NCBI GenBank assembly: GCA_003220335.1
Contig: QHSB01000061.1
Location: forward strand, 1 to 46,628
DNA: 46,628 nt
DNA from: Candidatus Rokuibacteriota bacterium
GTDB taxonomy: Bacteria > Methylomirabilota > Methylomirabilia > Rokubacteriales > CSP1-6
Direction of reading: 5' to 3'
Position numbers and translations under genes: made by a program. Shown one piece after another: positions 27,432 to 36,767 of the stretch (its first letter is position 1; every line of letters starts with the position of its first letter). The notes below the pieces were generated by a model. It was not told the DNA's origin. It saw only the letters and a program-made list of their open reading frames with translations, and searched no databases.

Positions 27432-29444
27432 ATGCGGATCCTCGTCACCGGGGTCACCGGGTTCGTCGGCAGCCATCTCGCCGAGTGGGCCCTCGCCCAG
27501 GGCGCCGCCGTCGTGGGCTCGGTCCGCTGGCGCAGCACGACCGAGCACATCGACCATCTCCGCGACCGCCTCACGCTCATCGGCGCGGACCTGCGTGACC
27601 TGTCGTCCGTCCGCTTGCTGCTGGAGCAGGCCCGCCCGGACTACATCGTCCACCTCGCGGCGCAGAGCTTCGTGGGCGCCTCCTGGGAGGCGCCGAGCGA
27701 GACGCTGCTCACCAACGCGATCAGCCAGATGAACCTGTTCGAGGCGATCCGCCAGCTCGGCGCGACGGCGACGCGCTTTCTCGTGATCGGCTCGAGCGAG
27801 GAGTACGGCCTCGTCTACCCCGACGAGCTGCCCATCCGCGAGACGAACCCGCTCCGCCCGCTGTCGCCGTACGCCGTGAGCAAGGTCACGCAGGATCTGA
27901 TGGGCTATCAATACTTCAAGAGCTATGGCCTCGACATCGTGCGCGCGCGCGCGTTCAATCACAGTGTCGGCCGTCACACGCCGGTGCTGTTGCGCGACGA
28001 CCGCACTGGACTGATCGATATCCGATATATCGGGGAGCTTCGCCGATATAAGCCGGCGGGGTATTTGAGCGGTCAACGCTTGGACGACGGAACGACGGTC
28101 TGGGACATGCGGCGCCACCCGCTGTCGGTATGGGCCGACGGCACGTGGTCCAAGATTGCGCATCTGTCTTGCCATTCGCTCCACTCGGACGATCGTGTGA
28201 TTCGACTTGTGGCGAGCGGCGGAATCGTCGAAGTCACGGGCGAGCATTCCGTCATGGCACCGGCTCAGGCTGGTCGCGTCGCGATCTCGGCGAGTCGCCT
28301 TGCGCTCGGGGATCGCGTGGCCATGGTCGCGATGCCGAGTAGCTCGGGAATGTGGGTGCACGAGGATGTCGCCTGGTTACTCGGTTTTTTTGTCGCGGAA
28401 GGATGTATCACCAATGGCAAGGTCAGAATCGACAATAAGGACCGAAAGGCGTTGGAACGGTGTGCTGAGATTTTCCTTCAGCATTTCGGCCTCGACACGT
28501 ATTTCGTCGAAGGTGCGGCTGACGTATGGCGCCTCACCATAAGGAAGCCTGAAGTATTCGCAGAGTGGTTGCGCCCTCAGGTCTATGCGAGCGACCGTAA
28601 CAAGCGCGTTCCGCGAAGTATCCTCAACGCGCAGACGGATGCAAAGCTCGCCTTCCTCCGCGGCTACAACGAGGGCGACGGATTGAAAGCCGGCCATGGT
28701 ATCGACGAGTTCAAAAGCTTCAAGACGAAGTCGCCGATTCTCGTCCTTGGTCTTTGCTACCTCGTGGCCAACACGACGCGGCAGCGTATGTGTCTGAATA
28801 CGGAAGTTCGCAGCGCCGGCACGTACTACCAGATGAATCTGAACTCGCCGATTGCGGGACACGAGGCCTGGGGGCGTCACCTGCAAGTTCCCGACGACGT
28901 CATCAAGAAGATCGAAGCAGTTCCATATGAAGGCGAAGTATGGGACTTCGAAACCGAGGACCACGTATTTCACGCGGGCCTCGGGGGAAACCTCGTGCAC
29001 AACACGGGACCCCCTCGGGGCGACGCCTTCGCCACGTCGTCGTTCGCGAAGCAGATCGCGGAGGCGGAGGCGGGGATTCGTGAGCCGTTCGTGAGCGTGG
29101 GCGATCTCAAGCCCACGCGGGACTTCTCCGACGTGCGCGACATCGTGCAGGGCTACTGGACGCTGCTCGAGCGGGGGACGGCGGGCGAGGTCTACAACCT
29201 CTGCTCCGGCGTCGACTGGTCGATCGAGCGCATGCTGAACTTTTTGATGTCGCAGTCCACGCTCGACCGCATCGAGATCCGGCCCGACCCCGCACGCCTC
29301 CGGCCGTCGGACGTCCCGGTGCTGCGCGGCAGCGCCGAGAAGATCCACCAGGCGGTCGGCTGGCGCCCCCGCATTCCGCTCGAGCAGACCTTGAGCGACC
29401 TCCTCGAATATTGGCGAGCGCAGATACGACGCCGGCCGCGGTAG
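27432..29444 (+). CDS. rmd: GDP-4-keto-6-deoxy-D-mannose reductase / GDP-mannose dehydratase-family SDR (Rmd-like), intein-containing precursor (670 aa; 323 aa after splicing)
   Basis: GVTGFVG, HLAAQSFV, IGSSEEYG, SPYAVSK, RAFNH|intein|TGPPRG, SSFAKQIAE, GDLKPTRDFSDVRD, GEVYNLCSG, RLRPSD. Confidence 0.85.
   Translation: MRILVTGVTGFVGSHLAEWALAQGAAVVGSVRWRSTTEHIDHLRDRLTLIGADLRDLSSVRLLLEQARPDYIVHLAAQSFVGASWEAPSETLLTNAISQMNLFEAIRQLGATATRFLVIGSSEEYGLVYPDELPIRETNPLRPLSPYAVSKVTQDLMGYQYFKSYGLDIVRARAFNHSVGRHTPVLLRDDRTGLIDIRYIGELRRYKPAGYLSGQRLDDGTTVWDMRRHPLSVWADGTWSKIAHLSCHSLHSDDRVIRLVASGGIVEVTGEHSVMAPAQAGRVAISASRLALGDRVAMVAMPSSSGMWVHEDVAWLLGFFVAEGCITNGKVRIDNKDRKALERCAEIFLQHFGLDTYFVEGAADVWRLTIRKPEVFAEWLRPQVYASDRNKRVPRSILNAQTDAKLAFLRGYNEGDGLKAGHGIDEFKSFKTKSPILVLGLCYLVANTTRQRMCLNTEVRSAGTYYQMNLNSPIAGHEAWGRHLQVPDDVIKKIEAVPYEGEVWDFETEDHVFHAGLGGNLVHNTGPPRGDAFATSSFAKQIAEAEAGIREPFVSVGDLKPTRDFSDVRDIVQGYWTLLERGTAGEVYNLCSGVDWSIERMLNFLMSQSTLDRIEIRPDPARLRPSDVPVLRGSAEKIHQAVGWRPRIPLEQTLSDLLEYWRAQIRRRPR
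27963..29003 (+). mobile_element. Intein with LAGLIDADG homing endonuclease (347 aa)
   Basis: Block A starts SVGRHTPVL (Ser1); block B VEVTGEHSV (TxxH); LAGLIDADG blocks AWLLGFFVAEG and LAFLRGYNEGDG; block F VWDFETEDHVF; ends LVHN with Thr as +1. Removal restores FNH-TGP. Visibly lower GC than the exteins. Confidence 0.95.
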
Positions 29445-30604
29445 GCGCGCGCGCGCGGCCGGGCGGCGCGTCGGCGCCCCGGGTGGCCCTCGTGCACGAC
29501 TGGCTCACCGGCATGCGCGGCGGCGAACGCTGTCTCGAGGTCTTCTGCGAGCTGTTCCCGGAGGCGCCGCTGTTCACGCTGCTGCACGTGCCCGGGAGCG
29601 TCTCGCCGGTGATCGAGCGCCGCCGCGTGATCACCTCGTTCATCCAGCGGCTGCCCGGCGCCGTCTCGCGCTACCGCCAGTACCTGCCGCTGTTCCCGGC
29701 CGCCGTCCGTGGATTCGACCTGTCGGGCTTCGACCTCGTCATCTCGCTGAGTCACAGCGTGGCCAAGGCCGTGCAGCGGCCGGCCGACGCGCTGCACATC
29801 TGCTACTGCTTCAGCCCGATGCGCTACGTGTGGGACCTCTACGACGACTACTTCGGCCCGCGCGCGCCGCGGCTGACGCGGTGGACGATGCCGCCGGTCG
29901 CCGCCGCGCTGCGCGCGTGGGACCGTCGCACCGGGGGCGTGGACGTCTTCCTCGCGATCTCGCATCACATCGCCGAGCGGATTCGCCGCGTGTACGGCCG
30001 CGGCGCCGACGTCATCCACCCGCCGGTGGACGTCGCGCGGTTCCGGCCGGCCGCGCGCGTGGACGACTTCTATCTCGTCGTCTCCGCGCTGGTGCCCTAC
30101 AAGCGCGTGGACCTCGCGGTCGCCGCCGCGGGCCGGCTCGGCCGGCGCCTCGTCGTCGTCGGGACGGGGCCGGAGGAGCGGCGGCTGCGTGCCTCGGCGG
30201 GCGCGGCGGTGCAGTTCCTCGGCTGGCGCTCCGACGCGGAAGTCGCCGATCTCTACGCGCGCTGCCGCGCGGTGCTCTTCCCCGCGGTGGAGGATTTCGG
30301 CATCGTGCCGCTGGAGGCGGCGGCGGCGGGGCGGCCGACCATCGCCCTCGGCCGCGGCGGCGCGCTCGAGACGATGGTGGACGTCCACGCCTCGGATGCG
30401 CCGCCGACCGCCGTGTTCTTCACCGAGCAGACGGAGGCCGCGCTCGCCGACGCCATCCTGACCTTCGAGCGCGCCGCGCACCGGTTCGAGCCCGCCGCGC
30501 TGCGCGCGCGCGCCGAAGAGTTCGACCTGCCGGTCTTCCGCCGGCGCATCGCGGACTACGTGGACCTGCGCTGGGGGGAATTCCTCGCGAGGCGCGCGTG
30601 CTGA
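29411..30604 (+). CDS. Glycosyltransferase family 4
   Basis: RVALVHDWLTGMRGGE, YCFSPMRYVWD, IHPPVD, LVPYKRVD, EDFGIVPLEA; exact start uncertain. Confidence 0.9.
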   Translation: MASADTTPAAVGARARPGGASAPRVALVHDWLTGMRGGERCLEVFCELFPEAPLFTLLHVPGSVSPVIERRRVITSFIQRLPGAVSRYRQYLPLFPAAVRGFDLSGFDLVISLSHSVAKAVQRPADALHICYCFSPMRYVWDLYDDYFGPRAPRLTRWTMPPVAAALRAWDRRTGGVDVFLAISHHIAERIRRVYGRGADVIHPPVDVARFRPAARVDDFYLVVSALVPYKRVDLAVAAAGRLGRRLVVVGTGPEERRLRASAGAAVQFLGWRSDAEVADLYARCRAVLFPAVEDFGIVPLEAAAAGRPTIALGRGGALETMVDVHASDAPPTAVFFTEQTEAALADAILTFERAAHRFEPAALRARAEEFDLPVFRRRIADYVDLRWGEFLARRAC

Positions 30605-31980
30605 AGGCTCACTCGCGGGTCTTCGAGCACCTGATGCTCGCCCTCGACCTCGTGATCGTCGCCGGCTGCTGGCTGTTCGCGTACGGCCTGCGGTTCCACG
30701 TCTTCGGCCACGGCAACATTCCCCCGTTCCGCGACTATCTGCTGCAGCTCGTGCCCATCCTGGCGGTGTGGGGGGTCGCGTTCAAGACGTTCAATCTCTA
30801 CCGCCCGTACCGCTTCGGCTCACGGCTGTCCGAGTGGAAGGACATCGGCAAGGCCTCCACGGTCGGCGCGCTGGTCCTCGTCGCCATCATGAGCTTCGTC
30901 TTCCGCGGTTACGACTATTCGCGCGCCGTCATCCTCATCTTCTGGATCGTGTCGATCGCGGCCGCCTATCTGGGGCGGCAGGCCTTCCGCGAGGCGCTGC
31001 GGGTCGCGCGCCGGCGCGGGTACAACCAGCGCTACGCGGTGGTCGTGGGCGGCGGCGAGCCGGCGGCGGAGATCATGCGGGTGCTGCAGAAACGGCGCGA
31101 CGTCGGCATCCGCGTGCTCGGGATCCTCGGCGACAAGCTCGACGGCACGGCCGGGGCGCCGTGGCTGGGTGCGCCGGAGGACATCCGCGCCGTCCTCGAC
31201 ACGCGTCCGGTGGACATCGTCATCATCGCGCTCCCGCACGCCGAGTATGCGCGGCTGGCCGGGATCCTGAACGAGATCGGCGACGACCCGGTGACGATCC
31301 ACCTCGTGCCCGACGTGTTCAGCGTCGCGCTGCGCGGCGGCGTCGAGGAATTCGAGACGGTGCCGATCATCCACCTGCGCGAGTCGCCCCTCGACGGGTG
31401 GAACCGCATCCTGAAGCGCGTGTGCGACGTGGCGCTGGGCACCGTCGCCCTCGGGCTGATGCTGCCCGTGATGCTGGTCATCGCGCTCGCCATCAGACTG
31501 GGCTCGCCCGGCGCGATCCTCTACCGCCAGGAGCGGATGGGAATCGACGGCCGCCGCTTCGGGATGCTGAAGTTCCGCACCATGGGCGTGGACGCGGAGG
31601 CGGACACCGGCCCGCGCTGGGCGATCCGCGACGATCCGCGTCGAACCCGAGTCGGCGTCTTCCTGCGTCGCACGAGCCTCGACGAGCTGCCCCAGCTCCT
31701 CAACGTCTTGCGTGGCGACATGAGCCTCGTCGGGCCCCGGCCCGAACGGCCGAGCTTCGTCGAGGAGTTCCGCCGGCGCGTGCCGCGCTACATGCTGCGC
31801 CACAAGGTGAAGGCGGGGATCACCGGCTGGGCTCAGATCAACGGCTGGCGCGGCAACACGTCGATCGAGGAGCGCATCAAGTGCGACCTCTATTACATCG
31901 AGAACTGGTCGATGTCGCTGGACCTCAAGATCCTGCTCCAGACACTCTGGCTCGGCTTCCGCAATCGGAACGCATATTGA
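30598..31980 (+). CDS. wcaJ: Undecaprenyl-phosphate glucose phosphotransferase (WcaJ family priming transferase)
   Basis: N-terminal TM helices; LKRVCD, YRQERMG, KFRTM, DDPRRTRVG, SLDELPQL.NVLRGDMSLVGPRPERP, KAGITGWAQING.RG, DLYYIENWS. Confidence 0.92.
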   Translation: MLKAHSRVFEHLMLALDLVIVAGCWLFAYGLRFHVFGHGNIPPFRDYLLQLVPILAVWGVAFKTFNLYRPYRFGSRLSEWKDIGKASTVGALVLVAIMSFVFRGYDYSRAVILIFWIVSIAAAYLGRQAFREALRVARRRGYNQRYAVVVGGGEPAAEIMRVLQKRRDVGIRVLGILGDKLDGTAGAPWLGAPEDIRAVLDTRPVDIVIIALPHAEYARLAGILNEIGDDPVTIHLVPDVFSVALRGGVEEFETVPIIHLRESPLDGWNRILKRVCDVALGTVALGLMLPVMLVIALAIRLGSPGAILYRQERMGIDGRRFGMLKFRTMGVDAEADTGPRWAIRDDPRRTRVGVFLRRTSLDELPQLLNVLRGDMSLVGPRPERPSFVEEFRRRVPRYMLRHKVKAGITGWAQINGWRGNTSIEERIKCDLYYIENWSMSLDLKILLQTLWLGFRNRNAY

Positions 31981-33197
31981 GCCGGCGCCGCGCCCTCGTG
32001 CTGCGCGACGCGCTCGTCGCCGCGCTCGTTGTCGGGCTGGCCGTGTCGATCACCCTGTCGGAGACATCGCTGGTTGTCCTCGCCGTCTGGCTGGTGTGGA
32101 CACGCCACGCGCGCACCATGTCCCGGACGTCGTGGCCGCTGCTGGCCCCGGTGCTTGCGTTCAGCGCGTGGTCGATCCTCACGGCCGCGCTGTCCTCGAC
32201 ACCCCTGGAGAGCCTGCGGGCGACGAAGACGCTGCTGCCGCTCGCGACGTTGTGGATCGTGTTCGGCGTGCTCGACGACGCGAGCGCGGCGCGGCGCTTC
32301 GCGTCCCGGCTGCTGTGGGCCCTGGCGGGCGTCGCCGTCGTCTCGATCCTGCAGGTCACGACGTGCGCGCCCTCGCGGCTCGACGCCTTCGATTCGTCGT
32401 GGCCGCCCGTCGTCCGGAGCGTGTTCGGCAAGTGTCGGCGCGCGCACGGCTTCTACAGCATCTACATGACGCTCGGCGGTGTGCTGGCGGTGGCGCTCGC
32501 CGCCACGTTGCCGACGCTCGCCGTCGCCGGCCGTCGCAGAGCCGCCAGCACCGTCGCCTGGCTCACGAGCGCGGTCGCCCTCGCATTGACGCTCGTGCGT
32601 GGCGCGTGGCTCGGCTTCGGCGCCGGTGTCCTTCTCGCGCTCACCGGCGTGCGCCGGTGGTCAATCGCGGTCGCGGTCGTGGCGGCGGCCGTCTTGCTGC
32701 TTCTCGCGGTGCCACGCGTGCGCCAGCGGGCCGAGACGATCGCCGACCCTGCCGATCCGACGGCGCGGGAGCGCTTCGCGATGTTCGACGGCGGGCTGAC
32801 GATGCTGCGCAGCCATCCCTTCATCGGTGTCGGCCTTGGCGGCGTCAAGCGCCTCTATCCGACCTATGCCCCGCCCGAAGCCGTCCGGCGGCACACGAGC
32901 CACCTGCACAATACCCCGCTGCAGATCGCCGTCGAGCGCGGCCTCGTCGGTCTCGCGCTCTGGCTCTGGATCTTCGCCGCCTTCTTCGCGCGCGCGTGGG
33001 GCTTGCTCCGCCGCGTGCCCGGGGACGCCGTGGCCGAGCGCGCGCTCGTCGTCGGCGCGCTGGCCGCGGTGACGGCCTTCCTGGTGGCCGGCCTCTTCGA
33101 ATACAACTTCGGCGACACGGAGGTGCTGCTGGTGACCCTGAGCGTGATGGCGCTGCCATTCGTCGTCGAGCGCGACCTCGCGGGGCGCCCGGCGTGA
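31977..33197 (+). CDS. O-antigen ligase / Wzy_C family membrane protein
   Basis: Many TM helices; RAHGFYS, LTLVRGAWLG, HPFIGVG.G, HLHNTPLQIAVERGLVG. Confidence 0.88.
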   Translation: MSRRRALVLRDALVAALVVGLAVSITLSETSLVVLAVWLVWTRHARTMSRTSWPLLAPVLAFSAWSILTAALSSTPLESLRATKTLLPLATLWIVFGVLDDASAARRFASRLLWALAGVAVVSILQVTTCAPSRLDAFDSSWPPVVRSVFGKCRRAHGFYSIYMTLGGVLAVALAATLPTLAVAGRRRAASTVAWLTSAVALALTLVRGAWLGFGAGVLLALTGVRRWSIAVAVVAAAVLLLLAVPRVRQRAETIADPADPTARERFAMFDGGLTMLRSHPFIGVGLGGVKRLYPTYAPPEAVRRHTSHLHNTPLQIAVERGLVGLALWLWIFAAFFARAWGLLRRVPGDAVAERALVVGALAAVTAFLVAGLFEYNFGDTEVLLVTLSVMALPFVVERDLAGRPA

Positions 33198-33769
33198 AGC
33201 GTCCGCCCGCCGGGCCGCGACTGGCCGCCGTGCGTCTGGTGGCGATGGACGTGGACGGCGTGCTCACCGACGGCGGCATCTGGTACACCGACCGCGGCGA
33301 GGAGCTCAAGCGCTTCGACGTGCGGGACGGCCAGGGCCTCGTGCTGCTCCGCGAGGCCGGCGTGATCACGGCCGTGATCACGCGCCGCCACTCGGAGATC
33401 GTCGAGCGCCGCGCGCGCGAGCTGGGCGTCGTCGAGGTCCACCAGGACGCGACCGACAAGAGCGCCGTGGTGCAGGGGATCCTGGCGCGGCACGGCGTGC
33501 GCGCGGCCGACGCGTGCTACGTGGGCGACGACGTCGGCGACCTCCCGGCGATGGCCCTCGTCGGCTTCCCCGTCGCCGTCGCCGACGCCCTCCCGGCCGT
33601 ACGAAAGTCGGCCGTCTACGTCACCCACGCCCGCGCCGGCTCCGGCGCCATCCGCGAACTCTGCGACCTGATTCTCTCCGCCCGCCTGAAGAATCCCCGC
33701 CATGTGCGCTCCGCCCGATCCGACAATCGCCAAGTGAAGGGGTGGGTGGGGGGCGGTGTGCCCCTCTGA
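33194..33769 (+). CDS. kdsC: 3-deoxy-D-manno-octulosonate 8-phosphate phosphatase (KdsC/YrbI HAD family)
   Basis: MDVDGVLTDG, KRFDVRDG.G, YVGDDVGD, GAIRELCDLIL. Confidence 0.88.
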   Translation: MKRPPAGPRLAAVRLVAMDVDGVLTDGGIWYTDRGEELKRFDVRDGQGLVLLREAGVITAVITRRHSEIVERRARELGVVEVHQDATDKSAVVQGILARHGVRAADACYVGDDVGDLPAMALVGFPVAVADALPAVRKSAVYVTHARAGSGAIRELCDLILSARLKNPRHVRSARSDNRQVKGWVGGGVPL

Positions 33770-33887
33770 GACCCGTGTCTTCTGGGTATCGCGTCGGACC
33801 CGGCTCGGAATCATGGCTCGATGACAGGCGTAACGTAACGTCGATTTGCGTGGTCGAAGAGGGGCACGCCGCTCCCCGCCCATCCCG

Positions 33888-34589
33888 TTAATAGGCGATC
33901 GTCGGCTCCGTCGCCACGCGCACGCGCACGAAGTAGTCTTTGAACCGCTCGAGGTCATCCTGCGAGACCATGTCCGAGACGAGGAAGCACGCGACGTCGC
34001 CCTGCTTCCAGATCCACGTCACGAACCCGCTGTCGCGCGCGAGCATCGGACGGAAGCGATCGATCGCCACGCGGTCGCGCTCGACCATCGTGAAGCTGCG
34101 CTCGGCGGGCAGCACGATGTAGCTGACGAGGTGACCATCGACGTCGCGGTAGTGCACGGCGAGGCCGCGCTGGCGCGTGAGGTACACGGGCTCGGCGCTC
34201 ACCAGGCTCAGGCGGTCGTCGCCGGCGAAGGCCTGCCGGAGATCGATGCCCGTCTCCTGCGTCAGCCACGGCAGGCCGGCCGGCAGGATCTGCGGCTGGC
34301 GCGCGCCCCACATGAGCGCCCGCGAGTGCTCGTTGACGACGGCGCGTACGACCTGCTGCACGGGATCGGCGGGCACGATGCGCGGCAGGACGGGCAGCAT
34401 GAAGAGCACGAGGGCGAGCGCGGTGGCGGCGGCGGCCACGAGCGGGCCGAGCCACATCGGCCGTCGCGGACGGTCCGTCGCCTCCACGAGGCTGACGCGC
34501 AAGCGCGCCGGCGCCGTGTAGCGCGGTAGCTCGGACGCCAGGCGGCGTCCGAGCGCATCGTCGTCGGGACCCCTCAGCTCGTCGCTCAT
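33888..34589 (-). CDS. Putative transmembrane anti-sigma factor
   Basis: Overlaps the ECF sigma stop (ATGA); AP.RLR motif, one TM helix, then an extracytoplasmic domain ending W.QGD...LVSD. Confidence 0.75.
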   Translation of the reverse strand: MSDELRGPDDDALGRRLASELPRYTAPARLRVSLVEATDRPRRPMWLGPLVAAAATALALVLFMLPVLPRIVPADPVQQVVRAVVNEHSRALMWGARQPQILPAGLPWLTQETGIDLRQAFAGDDRLSLVSAEPVYLTRQRGLAVHYRDVDGHLVSYIVLPAERSFTMVERDRVAIDRFRPMLARDSGFVTWIWKQGDVACFLVSDMVSQDDLERFKDYFVRVRVATEPTIAY

Positions 34590-35098
34590 TTCTTCTCGTA
34601 GTCCTTCAGCAAACCGCGCAGCCGCTCCTTGGCGCGGAAGATCCGCGACTTCACGGTGCCGACCGGGCAGGCCATCACCCGGGCGACTTCCTCGAGCGGC
34701 ATTCCCTGGACTTCCGCGAGCAGCAGCACGGTGCGGAATTCCTCGGGCAGGTGTCGCATGGCACGTTCGAGGTCGGTGTGCGCCTCGAGGGCGCCTCCCT
34801 CATCCGTCGATGTGTCGTGGAACATCGGTACGTCCCAATCCGGGACACCGTCCTCGGCGATCGCCGTCTCACGCTCGCGTAGCCGGTAAAACGTGAGAAA
34901 CGTGTTCCTCAAGATTTGAAACATCCACGCTCGGAGGTGGGTTCCCGGCTGGAAGCGGTGCGAGAAGCGGAAGGCCCTCAGGTACGTTTCTTGAACAAGG
35001 TCGTCCGCTTCCGGCGGGTTGCGGGTCAGATACACGGCGAAGTTGTAGAGCGCGTCGAGGTGTTGGAGCGCCTGCCGCTGGAAGTCGGCGTCGGCCAC
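34586..35098 (-). CDS. ECF RNA polymerase sigma-70 factor
   Basis: Region 2 ADDLVQETYLRA...LRAWMFQILRN; region 4 LPEEFR...EEVA.VM.CPVGTVKSRIFRA. Confidence 0.93.
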   Translation of the reverse strand: MADADFQRQALQHLDALYNFAVYLTRNPPEADDLVQETYLRAFRFSHRFQPGTHLRAWMFQILRNTFLTFYRLRERETAIAEDGVPDWDVPMFHDTSTDEGGALEAHTDLERAMRHLPEEFRTVLLLAEVQGMPLEEVARVMACPVGTVKSRIFRAKERLRGLLKDYEKK

Positions 35099-35101
35099 GC
35101 C

Positions 35102-35650
35102 TCAGTCCTCGAACCAGCGCGCCGGATAACCGCCGGCACGGACGGTGTGCTCGTCGGCGAGATCGGCGAGCAGCTCGCGCACGGTCGCGTAGAGCGTCGG
35201 ATGCTCGAGGTCGGGCGCGACGTCGGCCAGCGGCCGCAGCACGAACGCGCGCTCGGACAGCATCAGGTGCGGCACGTGCAGGTCGTCGGGTCCGCTGATC
35301 ACCTCGTCGCCGTAGAAGAGGATGTCGATGTCCAGCGTGCGCGCGGCGAAGCGTCGCGCCTCCGGCGTGCCCGGCGGCCGCACGCGGCCGAGGGCGTCCT
35401 CGATCGCCTGCAGCCGCCCGAGCAGCGCGCGCGGCGGCAGCGCGGTCTCGATCGCCACCACGCAGTTGAGATACCAGCGCCGCTCGCGTTCCGTGCGACC
35501 GGGCTCCTCCTCCCACGGCTCCGACTCGTAGAGCGGCGAGGCCTCGACCACGGCGATCTCCCCGCTCTCGCGCAGGCGGCGCACGGCCGAGCGCAGCAGG
35601 TCGAGCCGGTCGCCCAGGTTGCTGCCGAGGCCGAGATAGACGCGCGCCAT
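35102..35650 (-). CDS. folK: 2-amino-4-hydroxy-6-hydroxymethyldihydropteridine diphosphokinase
   Basis: YLGLGSNLGD, SPLYESEP, YLNCVV, RTLDIDIL, VPH....RAFVLRPL; ATG 35650. Confidence 0.93.
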   Translation of the reverse strand: MARVYLGLGSNLGDRLDLLRSAVRRLRESGEIAVVEASPLYESEPWEEEPGRTERERRWYLNCVVAIETALPPRALLGRLQAIEDALGRVRPPGTPEARRFAARTLDIDILFYGDEVISGPDDLHVPHLMLSERAFVLRPLADVAPDLEHPTLYATVRELLADLADEHTVRAGGYPARWFED

Positions 35651-36012
35651 CAGCGTCGCCGCGTCAGCTCGACCGACGGCGTGCCGACGAGCCCCTGCAG
35701 CGGCGGCGTCAGCTTGCGCACGCGCACCCGGACTTCCTCGGCGGGGAACTCCCGCAGCAGCGCCTGCGCGATCTGGCCGGCCAGCCGCTCGATGAGGTTC
35801 ACGCGGCCCTGCGTGCCGATCTCCACGATGCGGCGCGCGACCTGGCCGTAGTCGACGGCGCACGCGAGATCGTCCGAGACGGCGGCGCTCGTGAGATCCA
35901 GCGTGAGCTCTGCGTCCACCGAGAACCACACGCCCACCGTCTGCTCCGCGGTGGACACGCCGTGGTGGCCGTAGAAGCGGACGTCCTCGAGGCGCAGGCG
36001 ATCGGCCGTCAC
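35650..36012 (-). CDS. folB: Dihydroneopterin aldolase
   Basis: FYGHHGV..AEQ, SDDL..AVDY, NLIERLA, VRVRK..PP. Confidence 0.92.
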   Translation of the reverse strand: MTADRLRLEDVRFYGHHGVSTAEQTVGVWFSVDAELTLDLTSAAVSDDLACAVDYGQVARRIVEIGTQGRVNLIERLAGQIAQALLREFPAEEVRVRVRKLTPPLQGLVGTPSVELTRRR

Positions 36013-36767
36013 AGCTTCACGACCGGATTCTTGAGCGAGCCGACGCCTTCGACGCGGACCTCGACGCGGTCACCGGGCTGAAGCCGGCCCGCGCCGGCGG
36101 GCGTGCCGGTGGCGATCACGTCGCCGGGCACGAGCGTCATCACCTCGGACACGCGGGCCACGAGGTCCTCGACGGGGAAGATGAGGTCCTTGGTCGAGCC
36201 CGACTGCCGCACGACGCCGTTGACGAGGCCCTCGACGCTGAGCGCGCTCGGATCGAGGTCGGTGGCGATGCACGGCCCGAGCGGACAGAACGAGTCGAAG
36301 CCCTTGGCGCGCTCGGTCCGGCCCTCGCGCACGCGCACGTCCCGGGCCGTGACGTCGTTCAGCGCAGTGTAGCCCAGCACGTATTCGCGGGCGCGCGCCG
36401 CCGGCACGTTGTGGCAGCGCCGCTTGATCACGATGGCCAGCTCGGCCTCGTGCTCGACGAACGTGCTCTGCGGCGGCAGCACGATCGGGTCGTCGGGGCC
36501 GATGACGGCGCTCGGCGGCTTGAGGGCGAGCACGGGCAGCTCGGGCAGCGGCTCGGCCAGCTCGGCGGCGCGCGCGCGGTAGTTGAGCCCGACCGCGATG
36601 ATCTTGGAGGGCGACACCGGCGCCAGCAGCACGACCTGGTGCAGCGAGTGGCGCTTGCGTCCGCGCCGGAACGCGCTCCACGGCGTGCCGGAATACTCCA
36701 GCACCGCCGGGCCCTCGAGCACGCCGTAGCGCGTGGCGTCGCCGGCGCGGAAGCGCACGATCAGCAT
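36009..36767 (-). CDS. Fumarylacetoacetate hydrolase family protein
   Basis: KIIAVGLNY, EHEAELAIVI, GYTALNDVTARD, AKGFDSFCPLGP, GDVIATGTPAG. Confidence 0.92.
   Translation of the reverse strand: MLIVRFRAGDATRYGVLEGPAVLEYSGTPWSAFRRGRKRHSLHQVVLLAPVSPSKIIAVGLNYRARAAELAEPLPELPVLALKPPSAVIGPDDPIVLPPQSTFVEHEAELAIVIKRRCHNVPAARAREYVLGYTALNDVTARDVRVREGRTERAKGFDSFCPLGPCIATDLDPSALSVEGLVNGVVRQSGSTKDLIFPVEDLVARVSEVMTLVPGDVIATGTPAGAGRLQPGDRVEVRVEGVGSLKNPVVKL

Larger units (their letters stand above)
34153..36381. repeat. 2229-bp inverted repeat, arm 1
   Basis: Reverse complement of 37302-39530 (position sum 73683 throughout); two mismatches noticed (35003/38680 and 35257/38426). Confidence 0.97.

Noticed and set aside
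27963-29003. Group I intron or free-standing endonuclease insertion
   Set aside because: The insert is fully in frame with no stops and has canonical protein-splicing residues at both junctions, so it is an intein.
21609-33769. Long N-terminal extensions in the ORF track (e.g. 21609, 22868, 23536, 24831, 25511, 26928, 29830, 30768, 32096 starts)
   Set aside because: These are Arg/Ala/Gly-rich shadow frames typical of high-GC DNA; the real starts are downstream, mostly overlapping the preceding stop codon.
33690-33887. Possible ncRNA or repeat in the kdsC tail and convergent intergenic region (G-rich tract GGGGTGGGTGGGGGGCGG)
   Set aside because: No second copy in the window and no recognisable RNA family; a G-quadruplex-like run alone is weak evidence in such GC-rich DNA.
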